The notes: generated from the letters alone by a model not told the origin. Positions 39,145 through 50,580 are shown, counted from the first letter of the stretch. The stretch is 64,000 nucleotides of DNA from Bacteroidales bacterium (GCA_035269575.1 DATFIZ010000108.1:370-64369), one strand, 5' to 3'. Translations and numbers: made by a program.

Positions 39145-39844
39145 AAGCATTCGAAATTTTTTCCAATCGTTTGATATCTAAAATTTTTATTTTTCTTCCA
39201 TTTAAATCAATTAATCGGTCTTGTTTAAATTCGGATAAAAGGCGAATAACCGATTCGGTTGCCGTACCCACAATATTGGCTAATTCTTCACGGGTTAATG
39301 AAATTTGCAATACCTGTTCTTCATCTAAATCAAAGATTTCTATGAGGTTTAATAATACTTCGGCAAGTCTTTCACGAACAGTTTTTTGCGCAATATCCGT
39401 AATAAAAGAATTCGCCTCGCCTAATTCTTTGCAGGTTTGTTGCATCATCGCCATAGAAAAATTACCGTTGGTTTTTACCAGGCTTATTAATGTTTCTCCG
39501 GGAATAAAGCATAATAAGGCATCTTCAATTACTTTAGCCGATGAGCAGGCTAATTCATTACTTAATATAGAACGGTAACCGATAATATCCCCTTTTTTAG
39601 CAAAAGCAATAATCTGTTCGCGACCGTCAATACCTGTTTTATAGATTTTTAATATCCCTGAGTTTATACAATAAAAACCATTCGTTCTACTGCCTTCATG
39701 ATAAATAATACTTCCACGTTTGTAAGAATTACAAACCTTTTCTTTCTCTACTTTCAAATGTTCTTCCGGAGAAAGATGTTTAAAAATAGAAACAATATCG
39801 TTAATGCAATTTTCGCATGAGGGTATTTGATCGCGATTTTTCAT
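39137..39844 (-). CDS. Crp/Fnr family transcriptional regulator
   Basis: 235 aa with a cNMP-binding-like beta-roll, a C-terminal HTH ([21 protein letters not shown]) and an N-terminal CxxC (SCENC). It overlaps the 3' end of ruvB by 8 bp, convergently. Confidence 0.9.
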   Translation of the reverse strand: MKNRDQIPSCENCINDIVSIFKHLSPEEHLKVEKEKVCNSYKRGSIIYHEGSRTNGFYCINSGILKIYKTGIDGREQIIAFAKKGDIIGYRSILSNELACSSAKVIEDALLCFIPGETLISLVKTNGNFSMAMMQQTCKELGEANSFITDIAQKTVRERLAEVLLNLIEIFDLDEEQVLQISLTREELANIVGTATESVIRLLSEFKQDRLIDLNGRKIKILDIKRLEKISNAFN

Positions 39845-39963
39845 TATTACAAAAGATTACATCGGTACTATATATCTAATAATCAGTATATAAATACTAA
39901 ATTTTAAAAAAAAATTCAATGATATGCAACACAAAATTAACTTTTTTGTTTTATAATTAAGAA

Positions 39964-39993
39964 TTTGTAATATATTATTTAACAGTATATTTG
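39964..39993 (+). promoter_or_regulatory. Candidate Bacteroidota-type promoter for the OsmC-family gene
   Basis: TTTG at 39964-39967 and TATATTTG (TAnnTTTG -7 consensus) at 39986-39993, separated by 18 nt. The -7 box ends about 34 nt upstream of the ATG. Confidence 0.3.
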
Positions 39994-40026
39994 TAAAAAT
40001 AGTATAATATTAAAATATGTAAAGAT

Positions 40027-40449
40027 ATGAAAACTTCATTAAATTTAAACTGGAAAGACGGAATGGCCTTTGAAACCGAATTAAATGGTCATAAAATAGT
40101 TATTGATGCTGATAGTGCTGTTGGCGGCAAAGACCTGGGACCCAGGCCTAAACCTTTAATGTTATTAGCCCTGGCAGGATGTACTGCCATGGATGTTATT
40201 TCTATCTTAAAAAAAATGCGTGTTGATTTGGATGATTTCAGTATTGAAGTGGTGGCAAATAACACCGATGAACATCCTAAGCACTATGATGAAATGAAAG
40301 TAATTTATAAATTTTGGGGTAATGATTTACCTGAAGATAAAATTAATAAAGCCGTTAATTTATCGGAAGAGAGATATTGTGGAGTAAGTTTTGTTTACAG
40401 GCAATATGTTAAAATGAGCACTGAAATACAATTGAATCCAGATAAATAG
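40027..40449 (+). CDS. OsmC family peroxiredoxin-like protein
   Basis: 140 aa with conserved Cys contexts LAGCTAMD and ERYCGVS. Confidence 0.85.
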   Translation: MKTSLNLNWKDGMAFETELNGHKIVIDADSAVGGKDLGPRPKPLMLLALAGCTAMDVISILKKMRVDLDDFSIEVVANNTDEHPKHYDEMKVIYKFWGNDLPEDKINKAVNLSEERYCGVSFVYRQYVKMSTEIQLNPDK

Positions 40450-40469
40450 TTTTTTTAATTATAAAAAAG

Positions 40470-40500
40470 AAACCCTGCTTTTTTATAAGGCAGGGTTTTT
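40470..40500. terminator. Bidirectional intrinsic terminator between convergent osmC-like gene and pheS
   Basis: 9-bp perfect stem aaaccctgc/gcagggttt with an A-run 5' and a T-run 3'. Confidence 0.8.
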
Positions 40501-40522
40501 ATATGAACACATCAATTAATTT

Positions 40523-41542
40523 TTAGCGTGCTGATTTAAATTGATTTAAAAAGCGAACATCATTTTCAAAATAAAGGCGAAGATCGTTTATTCCGTATTT
40601 TAACATAGCAATTCGCTCAATACCCATACCGAACGCAAAGCCTGTAAATTTTTTGCTATCAATAGAACAACTTTCGAGTACATTAGGATCTACCATTCCA
40701 CACCCTAAAATTTCAAGCCAACCGGTGTATTTACAGACATTACATCCTTTGCCATGACAGATGTTACAAGCTACATCCATTTCAGCCGAAGGTTCGGTAA
40801 ACGGGAAATAGGAGGGTCGTAATCTTATTTTGGTTTGTTCGCCAAACATTTCTTTAGCAAAATATAAAAGGGTTTGTTTCAAGTCGGCAAACGATACGTT
40901 TTCATCAATATATAAACCCTCAACCTGATGAAAAATGCAATGTGCCCGAGCGCTGATGGCCTCATTTCTGAAAACACGTCCCGGAGAAATGGTGCGAATA
41001 GGAGGCTGGGAATTTTCCATAACCCTTACCTGAACCGACGAGGTGTGGGTACGCAACAAAATATCAGGATTTTTTTCGATAAAGAAAGTATCCTGCATAT
41101 CCCTTGCCGGGTGTTCTTCGGGGAAATTTAATGCAGAGAATACATGCCAGTCATCTTCTATTTCCGGACCTTCAGAAATTGTAAATCCCAATCGTTTAAA
41201 AATATCAATCATTTCATTTCTCACAATTGATAAGGGATGTCGAGTTCCTGTAGGTATCGGATCTCCGGGTAAACTTAAATCTATATCCGAACCACTGTCG
41301 GTTGCTTCTTCAAAAGCGGCTTTAAGCTCATTAATTTTTTCTTGCAACGAAATTTTAAGTTCATTTAATTTTTGTCCAACTTCTTTTTTGTTTTCACGTG
41401 GAACATTTTTAAACTCTGCAAACAAATCATTTATAATACCTTTTTTCCCCAGATATTTTATTCTAAACGATTCAATATCTTCTAAACTTTCTGCAACAAA
41501 CGTTTTGCTTTCCTCAAGATACTTATTAATCTTTTCAATCAT
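40523..41542 (-). CDS. pheS: Phenylalanine--tRNA ligase alpha subunit
   Basis: 339 aa with class II motifs (HPARDMQDTF, FRNEAISARAHCIFHQVEG, GFAFGMGIERIAM). Confidence 0.95.
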   Translation of the reverse strand: MIEKINKYLEESKTFVAESLEDIESFRIKYLGKKGIINDLFAEFKNVPRENKKEVGQKLNELKISLQEKINELKAAFEEATDSGSDIDLSLPGDPIPTGTRHPLSIVRNEMIDIFKRLGFTISEGPEIEDDWHVFSALNFPEEHPARDMQDTFFIEKNPDILLRTHTSSVQVRVMENSQPPIRTISPGRVFRNEAISARAHCIFHQVEGLYIDENVSFADLKQTLLYFAKEMFGEQTKIRLRPSYFPFTEPSAEMDVACNICHGKGCNVCKYTGWLEILGCGMVDPNVLESCSIDSKKFTGFAFGMGIERIAMLKYGINDLRLYFENDVRFLNQFKSAR

Positions 41543-41553
41543 TATCTATAAGA

Positions 41554-42363
41554 TTATAATTTTGTAATTTTCATTTTTACATTTTTTACCGGACGATCAT
41601 TATCGTCGGTTTTAACCGCTGCAATTTTATCGATTACTTCTATACCCTCAATTACTTCTCCAAATACTGTGTATGCTCCATCCAAATGAGGGGTACCCCC
41701 AATGGTCTGGTAAACTTTTCGTTTAAGGGGAGGAATTTTATACATTCCTTCTTTTTTAAATTCTTTTTTTGCTTTTTCTCTTGCTTCCCTCACAATTACC
41801 GGATAATCAATGGTTCCGCCGGTATCGAAAGCTTTCTGTTCTGCTTCTTTAATATATTGAGTGGTTAGCTTATTTAAGCGCGATGCGTTGATTCGGTTTT
41901 CTACCTCTTCAATATCTTCATCACTAAATACTTTTCCCTGTACTATATAGAATTGTGAACCTGCCGAACGCATTTCAGGATTTACTTCATCCCCTTCGCG
42001 CGCTGCTGCAATAACCCCTTTTTTATGAAAAAATGTGTCGATAATTTCTGCGGGAATCGTATATCCCGGGCCTCCGTTTCCCAGTAATTCTCCGGGTTTT
42101 GCATTTCTAGAGTCCGGATCTCCTCCCTGTATCATAAACCCCTCAATCACGCGATGAAATAATAAACCGTCGAAATATTCCTGGTCAATCAGCTTTTTAA
42201 AATTTTCTTTATGTAAAGGCGTTTGGTCATATAATTTAAAAATCATATCCCCATATTCGGTCTCAATTTTATAAAGCGTTGTTTTTTTCTCTTTTTTAAT
42301 TGGTATATCACAAGCATTTGTGAATAAAATGACTAAAAAAACAACTATAAATACTTTTTTCAT
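41554..42363 (-). CDS. Cyclophilin-type peptidyl-prolyl cis-trans isomerase, lipoprotein, with insertion
   Basis: FHRVIEGFMIQGGDP and the C-terminal GYTVFGEVIEG cyclophilin core. I prefer the start at MKKVFIVVFLVILFTNAC (lipobox) over the upstream Met at 42405. Confidence 0.9.
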   Translation of the reverse strand: MKKVFIVVFLVILFTNACDIPIKKEKKTTLYKIETEYGDMIFKLYDQTPLHKENFKKLIDQEYFDGLLFHRVIEGFMIQGGDPDSRNAKPGELLGNGGPGYTIPAEIIDTFFHKKGVIAAAREGDEVNPEMRSAGSQFYIVQGKVFSDEDIEEVENRINASRLNKLTTQYIKEAEQKAFDTGGTIDYPVIVREAREKAKKEFKKEGMYKIPPLKRKVYQTIGGTPHLDGAYTVFGEVIEGIEVIDKIAAVKTDDNDRPVKNVKMKITKL

Positions 42364-42429
42364 CGTAATTTTGTTTAGTAAATATCTTTGCAAAAATAGT
42401 AACATTTATTCAGAATTAAAATTTGACCT

Positions 42430-44721
42430 ATGCGAAGTAAAATTTTAATCCTAACGGTTTTATTTTTTTTTCTCCGGTTTTATACTTATTCCCAGGAAAA
42501 AGTAGGACTGGTATTAAGTGGAGGAGGAGCTAAAGGTTTGGCCCATATTGGTGTTATTAAAGCTTTAGAGGAAAATAATATCCCTGTTGATTATGTTACC
42601 GGAACCTCAATGGGAGCTATTGTAGGTGGATTATATGCCATTGGTTATTCACCCGAAGAAATGACTCAACTGGTGTTGTCCGATGAGTTTCGAAACTGGG
42701 CGGTTGGTGAAATAGAAAAGGATTATATCTATTATTTTAAGAAATCACCGGTGGCTGCTGATATGGTAAATATTAAAATCCATATGAAAGACTCAACGCC
42801 CAAAGCTCAACTTCCCAGTAATTTAGTACCTACACACCAGATGGACTTTGCTGCGATGCAAATATTTAGTCCTGCCAATGCTGCGGCTGATTATGATTTT
42901 GACAGCCTTTTTGTTCCTTTTCGTTGTATCGGCACCGATATTTATAACAATAAAGCCAAGGTTTTTAAGAATGGTAATTTAGGTTCTGCAGTAAGAGCAT
43001 CCATGACATTCCCGTTTTACTTCAAGCCTGTTGAAATAGATAGTATCTTATATTTTGACGGAGGAATGAAAAATAATTTTCCTTCGGATGTTATGATTAA
43101 TGATTTTGCACCGGATTTTATTATTGGCAGTAAGACAGCCGATAATTCTCCTAAACCCGATGCGGATAATGTTGTTGTTGTCCTGGAGAATATGTTAATG
43201 GATAAGGTTAATTATCAATTACCTGATAATGGAATTTTAATCGAATCCAGGTTTATCAATGTAAAATTACTTGATTTTGATAAGGCACAAATCATTATCA
43301 AAACAGGATATGATGAAACGTATGCATTAATGGATAGTATAAAAGATATCATTCCGGTTCGTAAAGATTCTGTTAAGCTTACCAATGAAAGAAAAAATTA
43401 CAAACGTAAGTTACCCCCCCTCTTTTTTAAGGAAATTTCTATTTCCGGATTAAATAGTAAGGAAAGAGAATATGTATCCAAAATTATTTTTAATAAGGAT
43501 TCTGTTTTTACTATTGGAGAATTAAAACATAGTTATTTCAAATTACTGGCTGATGGTACTATTTCGTCCATTTATCCCGAAGCCTTTTATGATAAAAAAT
43601 CGGAATCCTTTAAATTAAAAATGCAAATTGATGAAGAGAGCCGGTTTATAGCACGCATTGGAGCTAATATTTCTTCGAGCTCTATTAACCAGGGTTTTGG
43701 TAGTTTTCAATATAATCAATTAGGAAAAATTTCACGATCGGTTTATGCCAATATTTATTTTGGACGGTTATACAGTTCCGTTATGTTACAGGCGCGAGCT
43801 GATTTTCCTTCAAAAATACCCGTTGCTTTTACCGGTTCCTTTACCATGAACCGATGGGATTTTTATAGTAGCAGCTCAGAGCCTTTTTTTGAAGATGTAC
43901 GGCCACCGTATTTGATACAAAATGAAAATAATTTAAAATTAGCAGTTTCTACCCCGTTAAATACAAACTCTCTGGTTAAAGGCGAATTTTCTTACGGTTT
44001 TATCACGGATGAATATTATCAGACGATAGAATTTTTAAAGGCAGATACCAGTGATTTAACGGATTTCGATTATTACAACTTTAAAATAAATTTTGAAGAA
44101 AACACTCTCAATTATAAACAGTTTCCTACCCGGGGTGTAAATCAAACCCTGAGTTTTAATTATTTAAAAGGAACAGAAAATTTTGTTCCAGGATCTACTT
44201 CAGCCATTCAGGATGAAATTCAAAAGAAGCATAAATGGTTTAATATTCAGTTTTTTAGAGATGAATATTTAAGGCTGAACCAACATTTTCATTTAGGTTA
44301 TTTTGTCCAGGCGTCTTATTCAACCGTTGACTTTTTTAGTAATTATACCGCGACCATGTTAAATGCAAATGTTTTTCAACCCACACCTCACAGTAAAACA
44401 ATGTTTCTGGAAAATTACAGGGCACATTCCTTTTTGGCTTTAGGAGTTAAACCGATCATTAAATTATCTGATAATTTGCATTTACGGGCTGAAGCATATG
44501 CCATGTTTCCCTATCAAAAGATTATTAGTGGAGAAAATAAACAGGCTGAATATGCTGCTAAATATGAAAATATGAATTATATGGCTTCAACAACATTAGT
44601 CTATCATACTTTATTTGGACCGGCAAGTTTAAGCTTAAATTATTATGATAAAAACGATAAGAAGTTTTACTTTGTGTTTAATTTTGGTTATTTGTTATTT
44701 AATAAACGTGGTTACGAATAA
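42430..44721 (+). CDS. Patatin-like phospholipase fused to an Omp85-like beta-barrel (PlpD-like, type Vd autotransporter architecture)
   Basis: 763 aa with a signal peptide, patatin motifs GGGAKG, GTSMG and FDGGMKNN, and a roughly 400-aa C-terminal region with beta-barrel character ending in an aromatic-rich terminus (FNFGYLLF). Confidence 0.8.
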   Translation: MRSKILILTVLFFFLRFYTYSQEKVGLVLSGGGAKGLAHIGVIKALEENNIPVDYVTGTSMGAIVGGLYAIGYSPEEMTQLVLSDEFRNWAVGEIEKDYIYYFKKSPVAADMVNIKIHMKDSTPKAQLPSNLVPTHQMDFAAMQIFSPANAAADYDFDSLFVPFRCIGTDIYNNKAKVFKNGNLGSAVRASMTFPFYFKPVEIDSILYFDGGMKNNFPSDVMINDFAPDFIIGSKTADNSPKPDADNVVVVLENMLMDKVNYQLPDNGILIESRFINVKLLDFDKAQIIIKTGYDETYALMDSIKDIIPVRKDSVKLTNERKNYKRKLPPLFFKEISISGLNSKEREYVSKIIFNKDSVFTIGELKHSYFKLLADGTISSIYPEAFYDKKSESFKLKMQIDEESRFIARIGANISSSSINQGFGSFQYNQLGKISRSVYANIYFGRLYSSVMLQARADFPSKIPVAFTGSFTMNRWDFYSSSSEPFFEDVRPPYLIQNENNLKLAVSTPLNTNSLVKGEFSYGFITDEYYQTIEFLKADTSDLTDFDYYNFKINFEENTLNYKQFPTRGVNQTLSFNYLKGTENFVPGSTSAIQDEIQKKHKWFNIQFFRDEYLRLNQHFHLGYFVQASYSTVDFFSNYTATMLNANVFQPTPHSKTMFLENYRAHSFLALGVKPIIKLSDNLHLRAEAYAMFPYQKIISGENKQAEYAAKYENMNYMASTTLVYHTLFGPASLSLNYYDKNDKKFYFVFNFGYLLFNKRGYE

Positions 44722-44734
44722 ATAAAATATTGCC

Positions 44735-46198
44735 TTGAATCAGATCAAAAAACTTGCCGGACAAACTTTAATTTATGGGTTAAGCAATATGCTTGGCCGG
44801 TTTTTAAATTATTTACTTGTTCCGCTACATACACTTGTTTTAGGCAAATTCTTTTATGGAAAGCTGACCTTTATCTATAGCAGCACAGCGATATTATTGG
44901 TTATTTTAACCTATGGTATAGAAACTGGTTTTTTTCGGTTTGCTAGCAAAAAGGAGGAGAAATATAATTCTGTTCTCGGAACCAGTCTGTATTCCATATT
45001 ATTTACAACATCCATTTTCTTAGCTTTATCGTTACTTTTTAAACAACAGTGGGCAAGTTATTTTGAAATAGATAATTATCGCATTGTCATTTATTTTATT
45101 TTAATCATTTCTTTCGATGTTATCAATGCTATTCCTTTTGCCAAATTACGTATTGATGAAAGACCGGTTAAGTTTATGATTATTAAGGTAACAGGAATTG
45201 CTATTAATATCTTTTTTAATTTGTTTTACCTGTATGTTTGTCGAAAGTTTTATCAGGCAGGAGCCGACAACTTTTTTGCTCATATTTATAAGCCTGACCT
45301 GGTTCTTGAGTACGTTTTAATTGCTAATTTTATAAGCAGCGCTATTACCTTTTTATTATTAACGACCGAAATTTTTAAAGTCAGATTACCCTTTGATTTT
45401 GCCCTGTTAAAACGATTGCTAAAATATTCTTATCCCATTTTATTTATTGGCTTAGCCGGAATGCTCAATGATAATATTGATAAATTACTTATTCCAAAAT
45501 TGATAAACCATCCCAATCCCGTTGAGCAATTAGGTATCTATGGAGCTAATTTCAAATTATCTGTTTTAATGGTATTATTTATTCAAATGTACCGTTATGC
45601 CGCCGAACCTTTCTTTTTTAAATATGCCGATAGTACAGATGCAAAAGAATTATATGGAAAAGTGATGACCTATTTTATTATTTTCGGGTTGCTTATTTTT
45701 CTGGGTGTAAATTTTTATATTGATATATTAAAACATTTTATTCACAAAGACTTTTGGGAAGGATTAAAAGTTGTTCCTATCTTGCTGTTCGCAAAACTTT
45801 TATTTGGAGTATTATTTAATTTGTCCATTTGGTATAAAGTTACCGATCGTACTAAATTCGGCATTTTAGTGGCCGGCACAGGAGCAATAATAACGATTGT
45901 TGCCAATATCATACTAATTCCTCAAATTGGTTATTATGGTTCTGCTCTGGCAAGTTTAGCAAGTTATATCGTCATGTTAATTATTTCCTATTATCTTAGC
46001 CGGAAATTTTTTCCTGTTCAATATGAATTGAAAAAAATTGGTCTATATGTTTTAATAGCATTAGGATTGTTTATCGTTAGCCGGTTAAATATTTTTTATA
46101 ATAAAACCATTTATTATATCATTGTTTCAGTTATGATTATGGCATTTGCCGGATTTACATATCTAAAAGAAAAAAAATCATTTACTTATGAAAATTAA
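44735..46198 (+). CDS. MOP-superfamily polysaccharide/oligosaccharide flippase (Wzx/MurJ-like)
   Basis: 487 aa with about 12-14 TM helices and N-terminus [25 protein letters not shown]. The ORF begins with TTG and no in-frame upstream ATG is available. Confidence 0.75.
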   Translation: MNQIKKLAGQTLIYGLSNMLGRFLNYLLVPLHTLVLGKFFYGKLTFIYSSTAILLVILTYGIETGFFRFASKKEEKYNSVLGTSLYSILFTTSIFLALSLLFKQQWASYFEIDNYRIVIYFILIISFDVINAIPFAKLRIDERPVKFMIIKVTGIAINIFFNLFYLYVCRKFYQAGADNFFAHIYKPDLVLEYVLIANFISSAITFLLLTTEIFKVRLPFDFALLKRLLKYSYPILFIGLAGMLNDNIDKLLIPKLINHPNPVEQLGIYGANFKLSVLMVLFIQMYRYAAEPFFFKYADSTDAKELYGKVMTYFIIFGLLIFLGVNFYIDILKHFIHKDFWEGLKVVPILLFAKLLFGVLFNLSIWYKVTDRTKFGILVAGTGAIITIVANIILIPQIGYYGSALASLASYIVMLIISYYLSRKFFPVQYELKKIGLYVLIALGLFIVSRLNIFYNKTIYYIIVSVMIMAFAGFTYLKEKKSFTYEN

Positions 46199-46622
46199 TA
46201 TTGTTAATCAATCATCAAACCCTTTGCCGGGATATAGTACCGATCATTCAGCCGGAATGGATTTGCGGGCTAATTTAAAAGAATCGGTTTCATTACATCC
46301 TTTAGAACGCAAGCTCATTCCTACCGGATTATTTATCGAATTACCCGTTGGTTATGAAGCACAAATCAGACCCCGAAGTGGTTTGGCACTAAAAAAAGGA
46401 TTGTCTGTTTTAAACAGCCCGGGAACCATAGACGCTGATTATCGAGGAGAAATTGGCGTTATTTTAATTAATTTATCGAATGAGACCGTTACCCTTGAAA
46501 ATGGTGAAAGAATCTGTCAAATGGTAATTGCCAAACACGAACAGGCTGAATTAAATGAGGTTGAACTACTTAATGAAACAGCAAGAGGTAGTGGTGGTTT
46601 TGGAAGTACCGGGGTAAAGTAA
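46188..46622 (+). CDS. dut: dUTP diphosphatase
   Basis: 144 aa with dUTPase motifs [19 protein letters not shown] and [10 protein letters not shown]. It overlaps the flippase gene by 11 bp. Confidence 0.95.
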   Translation: MKINIVNQSSNPLPGYSTDHSAGMDLRANLKESVSLHPLERKLIPTGLFIELPVGYEAQIRPRSGLALKKGLSVLNSPGTIDADYRGEIGVILINLSNETVTLENGERICQMVIAKHEQAELNEVELLNETARGSGGFGSTGVK

Positions 46623-46662
46623 CGAACACTTTTTCTTAATAAATGTTAATAATACAATTTGT

Positions 46663-46686
46663 AAACAACAGCCGCGTTGTTTTTCT
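46663..46686 (+). terminator. Probable intrinsic terminator after dut
   Basis: 7-bp stem aaacaac/gttgttt with loop agccgc, followed by tttt. Confidence 0.55.
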
Positions 46687-46713
46687 GAGATATAGTCATT
46701 AAATTTTAGATAC

Positions 46714-48450
46714 ATGAATATTAAAACCGTATTAATTTTTTTTATTGGACTCATTTTATTTGGCTCATCTTGTTCAGTACAGGATAAAACACAAACTGAT
46801 ATAAAAAGAGTGACCAAAGAGCTGGATGATAATGAGGAGCTTGAATATTATTATGTTTTTATTGAGGCTAATAGGAAAAAGTTGTTGGGAGATTTAAATG
46901 CAGCATTAGCACTTTTTTACCAGTGTCTCGAAATTAATCCCGAAAGCGCAGCAGCCATGTCTGAAATCTCACAAATAAACGAAATTATTGAGAATTATGA
47001 GGTTGCTGTTAGATATGCTAAAAAAGCAGCCGAATTAGAACCGGAGAACAAATGGTTTCAATTAAAATTGGCCCGTTTATATATAAACAATAAAGAGTAT
47101 GAAAATGCCATAAACGTTTACCAAAAATTATATGAAATCAACCAAAAAGATTTGGAAATTCCTTATAATTTAGCTGCCTTATACCGTCAAACCAATCAAT
47201 TTTCCAAAGCCATTGAATTATACAATGCAATTGAGCAAAAAACCGGCATTAACGAAACCTTATCGATAACCAAACAGCGATTATATCTTCAAATTGGTCA
47301 GAAAAATAATGCATATGATGAAATCAAGAAGTTGATCAATCATTATCCGAATAAACCAGAATATTATGGAATAATTGCTGAAATGTATTCCAATGACAAC
47401 CTTTTTTCCAAAGCCCAGGAAAATTATGATACATTATTCAAGATAGATAGCACCAATTCCTTAGGTCAGCTTTCAATTATTGATTTCTACCGAAAAAAGA
47501 TGGATTATGATAATGCTTTTAAATATCTCCGAAAAGTTATTTATAATCAAAATATTGATTTTCAATCCAAAGCAAGGGTTTTTATCTCTATGTTGAATAC
47601 ACCACAGGAGCTTAATATTTATTTTCAACAAATTAAAGAGCATTTATTATTATTAAAGGAGGTATATCCCGATAGTAAAGAATCTCACACTTTATATGCT
47701 GACTACTTGATACGAATGAATAAGCTGGAGGAAGCGGGAGTTGAATTAAAAAATATTGTAGACCGATTTTCTGTAAATCCTGCCATTTGGGAGCAATTAT
47801 TATCAATTTACAGCTATCAAAGCAATTTTGATCAATTATACACTCTTTCTGCTACTGCTATTGACAGCTTTCCTGAACGCCCCTTATTTTACCTTTTTAG
47901 GGGTATTTCGGCGAGTCAAACCCAAAAACAACAGGAAGCCATAGCGGTTTTTAAAGAAGGCTTAAAACATGTTGATAATAACCCTGAGCTCGAATCCGAT
48001 TTTTACAGTTCTTTAGCGGATAGCTATAATGAGTTAAATGAATATGATAAATCTGATTATTATTACGAGCTGGTCCTTAAAAATGATTCAACAGATTTAT
48101 ATGTGCTTAATAATTACTCGTATTATTTGTCTTTACGTGAAGAAAAACTTGAATATGCACAACAGTTAAGCCGAAAAACCATTGAAGCAGAACCCAATAA
48201 TCCTACTTATTTAGATACCTATGCCTGGATATTATTTAAACAGCACAAATATAAGGATGCTTTATACTATATTAAACAGGCTTATGAATCAGGAGGATTT
48301 GAAAATCCCGAGATAGTTGAACATTATGGGGATATTCTTTATTTTATTGGAAAAAAAGAAGAAGCCCTAAAAAAATGGAAATTAGCGAAAGATCTTGGAA
48401 GCACCCATGAGGATTTGCTATTAAAAATAGAGAAAGGAAAAATTGAATAA
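46714..48450 (+). CDS. TPR-repeat lipoprotein
   Basis: 578 aa with lipobox LFGSSC and TPR-like 34-aa units throughout. Confidence 0.75.
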   Translation: MNIKTVLIFFIGLILFGSSCSVQDKTQTDIKRVTKELDDNEELEYYYVFIEANRKKLLGDLNAALALFYQCLEINPESAAAMSEISQINEIIENYEVAVRYAKKAAELEPENKWFQLKLARLYINNKEYENAINVYQKLYEINQKDLEIPYNLAALYRQTNQFSKAIELYNAIEQKTGINETLSITKQRLYLQIGQKNNAYDEIKKLINHYPNKPEYYGIIAEMYSNDNLFSKAQENYDTLFKIDSTNSLGQLSIIDFYRKKMDYDNAFKYLRKVIYNQNIDFQSKARVFISMLNTPQELNIYFQQIKEHLLLLKEVYPDSKESHTLYADYLIRMNKLEEAGVELKNIVDRFSVNPAIWEQLLSIYSYQSNFDQLYTLSATAIDSFPERPLFYLFRGISASQTQKQQEAIAVFKEGLKHVDNNPELESDFYSSLADSYNELNEYDKSDYYYELVLKNDSTDLYVLNNYSYYLSLREEKLEYAQQLSRKTIEAEPNNPTYLDTYAWILFKQHKYKDALYYIKQAYESGGFENPEIVEHYGDILYFIGKKEEALKKWKLAKDLGSTHEDLLLKIEKGKIE

Positions 48451-49249
48451 AATTATTATGTTTCCTATAAAAACAGTTAAATATTTTTTTTATTTAATAA
48501 TAGTTATTTCCCTAAGTGGTTGTAATATAACTAAAGAAATTACACGAGATAAAACAGAAACCGTCATTACACCTAAGGAAATCGATCATCAGGTTTCACA
48601 AAATATTGTATTAAGCCGGGGAATTGTTATCAATGGAGCCAGAATTAAAATATACAGCAATGAACAAACCAATAGAATACGGGCAAATTTTAAAATTAAA
48701 CCCGATAGCGCTATGCTTATTTCCCTTGCTAACTCTTTAGGGATTGAGTTTGTTCGTGCATTGATAACACCGGATTCTATTCGCTTTGTTAACCGGATAA
48801 ACCGTAACTATATCGCCGGGAAGTATCCTGTCGTTGCTTCGATGTATCATATTCCTGTTGAGTATAAAGATTTACAGGATGCTTTAATTGGTATTAATTC
48901 AATGTTTTTAAGAAGCATCCATTATCCTCAAAAAAGCTACAAAAGTGAAGACGGTTTTTATAAGCTCAACAAAACATCATCTGATATAACCCTCGAATAT
49001 AAAGTGGATAACGAACAATTTTTTATTCGTCATGTAAATTTTAATTTTAATAATTTCCCTACCAAAATCTCTATTGATTATTCAAAATATACTAAATTTG
49101 ATGATGTGTATATTCCGATGGACATATCAACCATAATTTATGAAAAGGACCGGAATATTCATGTGGATATAGACTTTTCTGATATTCGATTAGAACCAGT
49201 GGAAATCTCGTTAAAAGTGCCGGAATCCTATCAGAGAATTTATCCTTAA
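48443..49249 (+). CDS. DUF4292-like lipoprotein (LolB-like fold family)
   Basis: 268 aa with lipobox ISLSGC. It overlaps the upstream TPR gene by 8 bp. The TPR / DUF4292 / M23 order is a conserved Bacteroidota arrangement as I recall it. Confidence 0.6.
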   Translation: MNKIIMFPIKTVKYFFYLIIVISLSGCNITKEITRDKTETVITPKEIDHQVSQNIVLSRGIVINGARIKIYSNEQTNRIRANFKIKPDSAMLISLANSLGIEFVRALITPDSIRFVNRINRNYIAGKYPVVASMYHIPVEYKDLQDALIGINSMFLRSIHYPQKSYKSEDGFYKLNKTSSDITLEYKVDNEQFFIRHVNFNFNNFPTKISIDYSKYTKFDDVYIPMDISTIIYEKDRNIHVDIDFSDIRLEPVEISLKVPESYQRIYP

Positions 49250-49271
49250 AACGTTAAACCAATCATCATCT

Positions 49272-50447
49272 ATGAAATATTTCCTGATAATAAATTTTTT
49301 GCTTTTTTCTTTCTTTACCTTTGGTCAAACCCGACAAGAGTTAGAAGAAAGAAAGCAAAAAACGGAAAAAGAAATCAAGTTAACCAATAAGTTGTTAGAA
49401 CAAACACAACAATCAAAATCCGCTGGTTTAAATAAGCTTTTAATCATCAAAAAACGTATCAGTCTGAGAGAACAGCTAATACAGGATATTACGAACCAAG
49501 TCAATCATTTAGATAAAACCATTGAAGAAAAAAGTGAACGAATAAATGAGTTGGAATCTGATCTGAATAAGCTTAAAAGCGAATATGCCAAAATGATTTA
49601 TTTTGCTTATAAAAACAGAAACAGCTATGATCGTTTAATGTTTATCCTTGCATCTGAAGATTTTAATCAGGCCTATCGACGAATAAAATATTTTGAACAA
49701 TATTCGAAGTATCGACGCAAACAAGCCTCATTAATTTTTGCGACACAAAAAACGCTCGAGTATGAAATTGAGTCCCTGAAAGAAAGGAAGAATGAAAAAC
49801 AGGATTTATTAGCCAACAAAGAGAAAGAAAAAAATGCGTTAAGCAATGAACGAGTTCACGAGAACAGAGAGGTTGCACGTTTACGATCGAAAGAAAGCCA
49901 ATTGCGGAAAGAACTTAAAGCGAAAGAAAAAATCCGTGAAGAACTGGAAAAGAAAATTGCCGAAATTATTGCGAAGGAAGCGGCAAAAAGAAAACTCACT
50001 GCCTTAACTGCTTCTGAAGAAGCCATTTCTGAGGGATTTAAAAAATCCATGGGGAATCTTTCCTGGCCATTAGATAATGGTATTATCATCAGACCTTTTG
50101 GTGAAATTGAGCACCCTGTTTTAAAAGGAATTAAAATTAATAATGAAGGAATAGATATTAGTGCTCAAAAAGAGTCAAAAGTAAAAGCTGTTTACGAAGG
50201 TGAGGTTACCCAGGTCTTTGCTGTTCCGGGTAATAACATGGCCATTATTGTTCGCCACGGTCATTTCCTAACCCTCTATTCGAATTTGGTTAATGTTCGG
50301 GTTCGAAAGGGGGATATCATCCCCAAAGGATATTATTTAGGAGATGTTTATTATAATCAGAATGACGATGAAAGTTCTGTTTTGCATCTAAGGGTTTATG
50401 AAGAAACAAAAGTTTTAAACCCCGAAAAATGGTTGTCGAACCAGTAA
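49272..50447 (+). CDS. Murein hydrolase activator EnvC-like / M23 peptidase with long coiled coil
   Basis: 391 aa with a signal peptide, a roughly 230-aa coiled coil and a C-terminal LytM/M23 domain (GIDISA...IVRHGHFLTLYSNL). Confidence 0.85.
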   Translation: MKYFLIINFLLFSFFTFGQTRQELEERKQKTEKEIKLTNKLLEQTQQSKSAGLNKLLIIKKRISLREQLIQDITNQVNHLDKTIEEKSERINELESDLNKLKSEYAKMIYFAYKNRNSYDRLMFILASEDFNQAYRRIKYFEQYSKYRRKQASLIFATQKTLEYEIESLKERKNEKQDLLANKEKEKNALSNERVHENREVARLRSKESQLRKELKAKEKIREELEKKIAEIIAKEAAKRKLTALTASEEAISEGFKKSMGNLSWPLDNGIIIRPFGEIEHPVLKGIKINNEGIDISAQKESKVKAVYEGEVTQVFAVPGNNMAIIVRHGHFLTLYSNLVNVRVRKGDIIPKGYYLGDVYYNQNDDESSVLHLRVYEETKVLNPEKWLSNQ

Positions 50448-50580
50448 ATTATTATCCTGAAATCAAATTTTTACTAAAGTTTATTTATAAAAACGAAACT
50501 TATTAGCAATAATTTAGTATACAAAAAAAATATGAATCCATTTATTGACCTTAATTGATGTGCTAATAACAAATGTAAAA

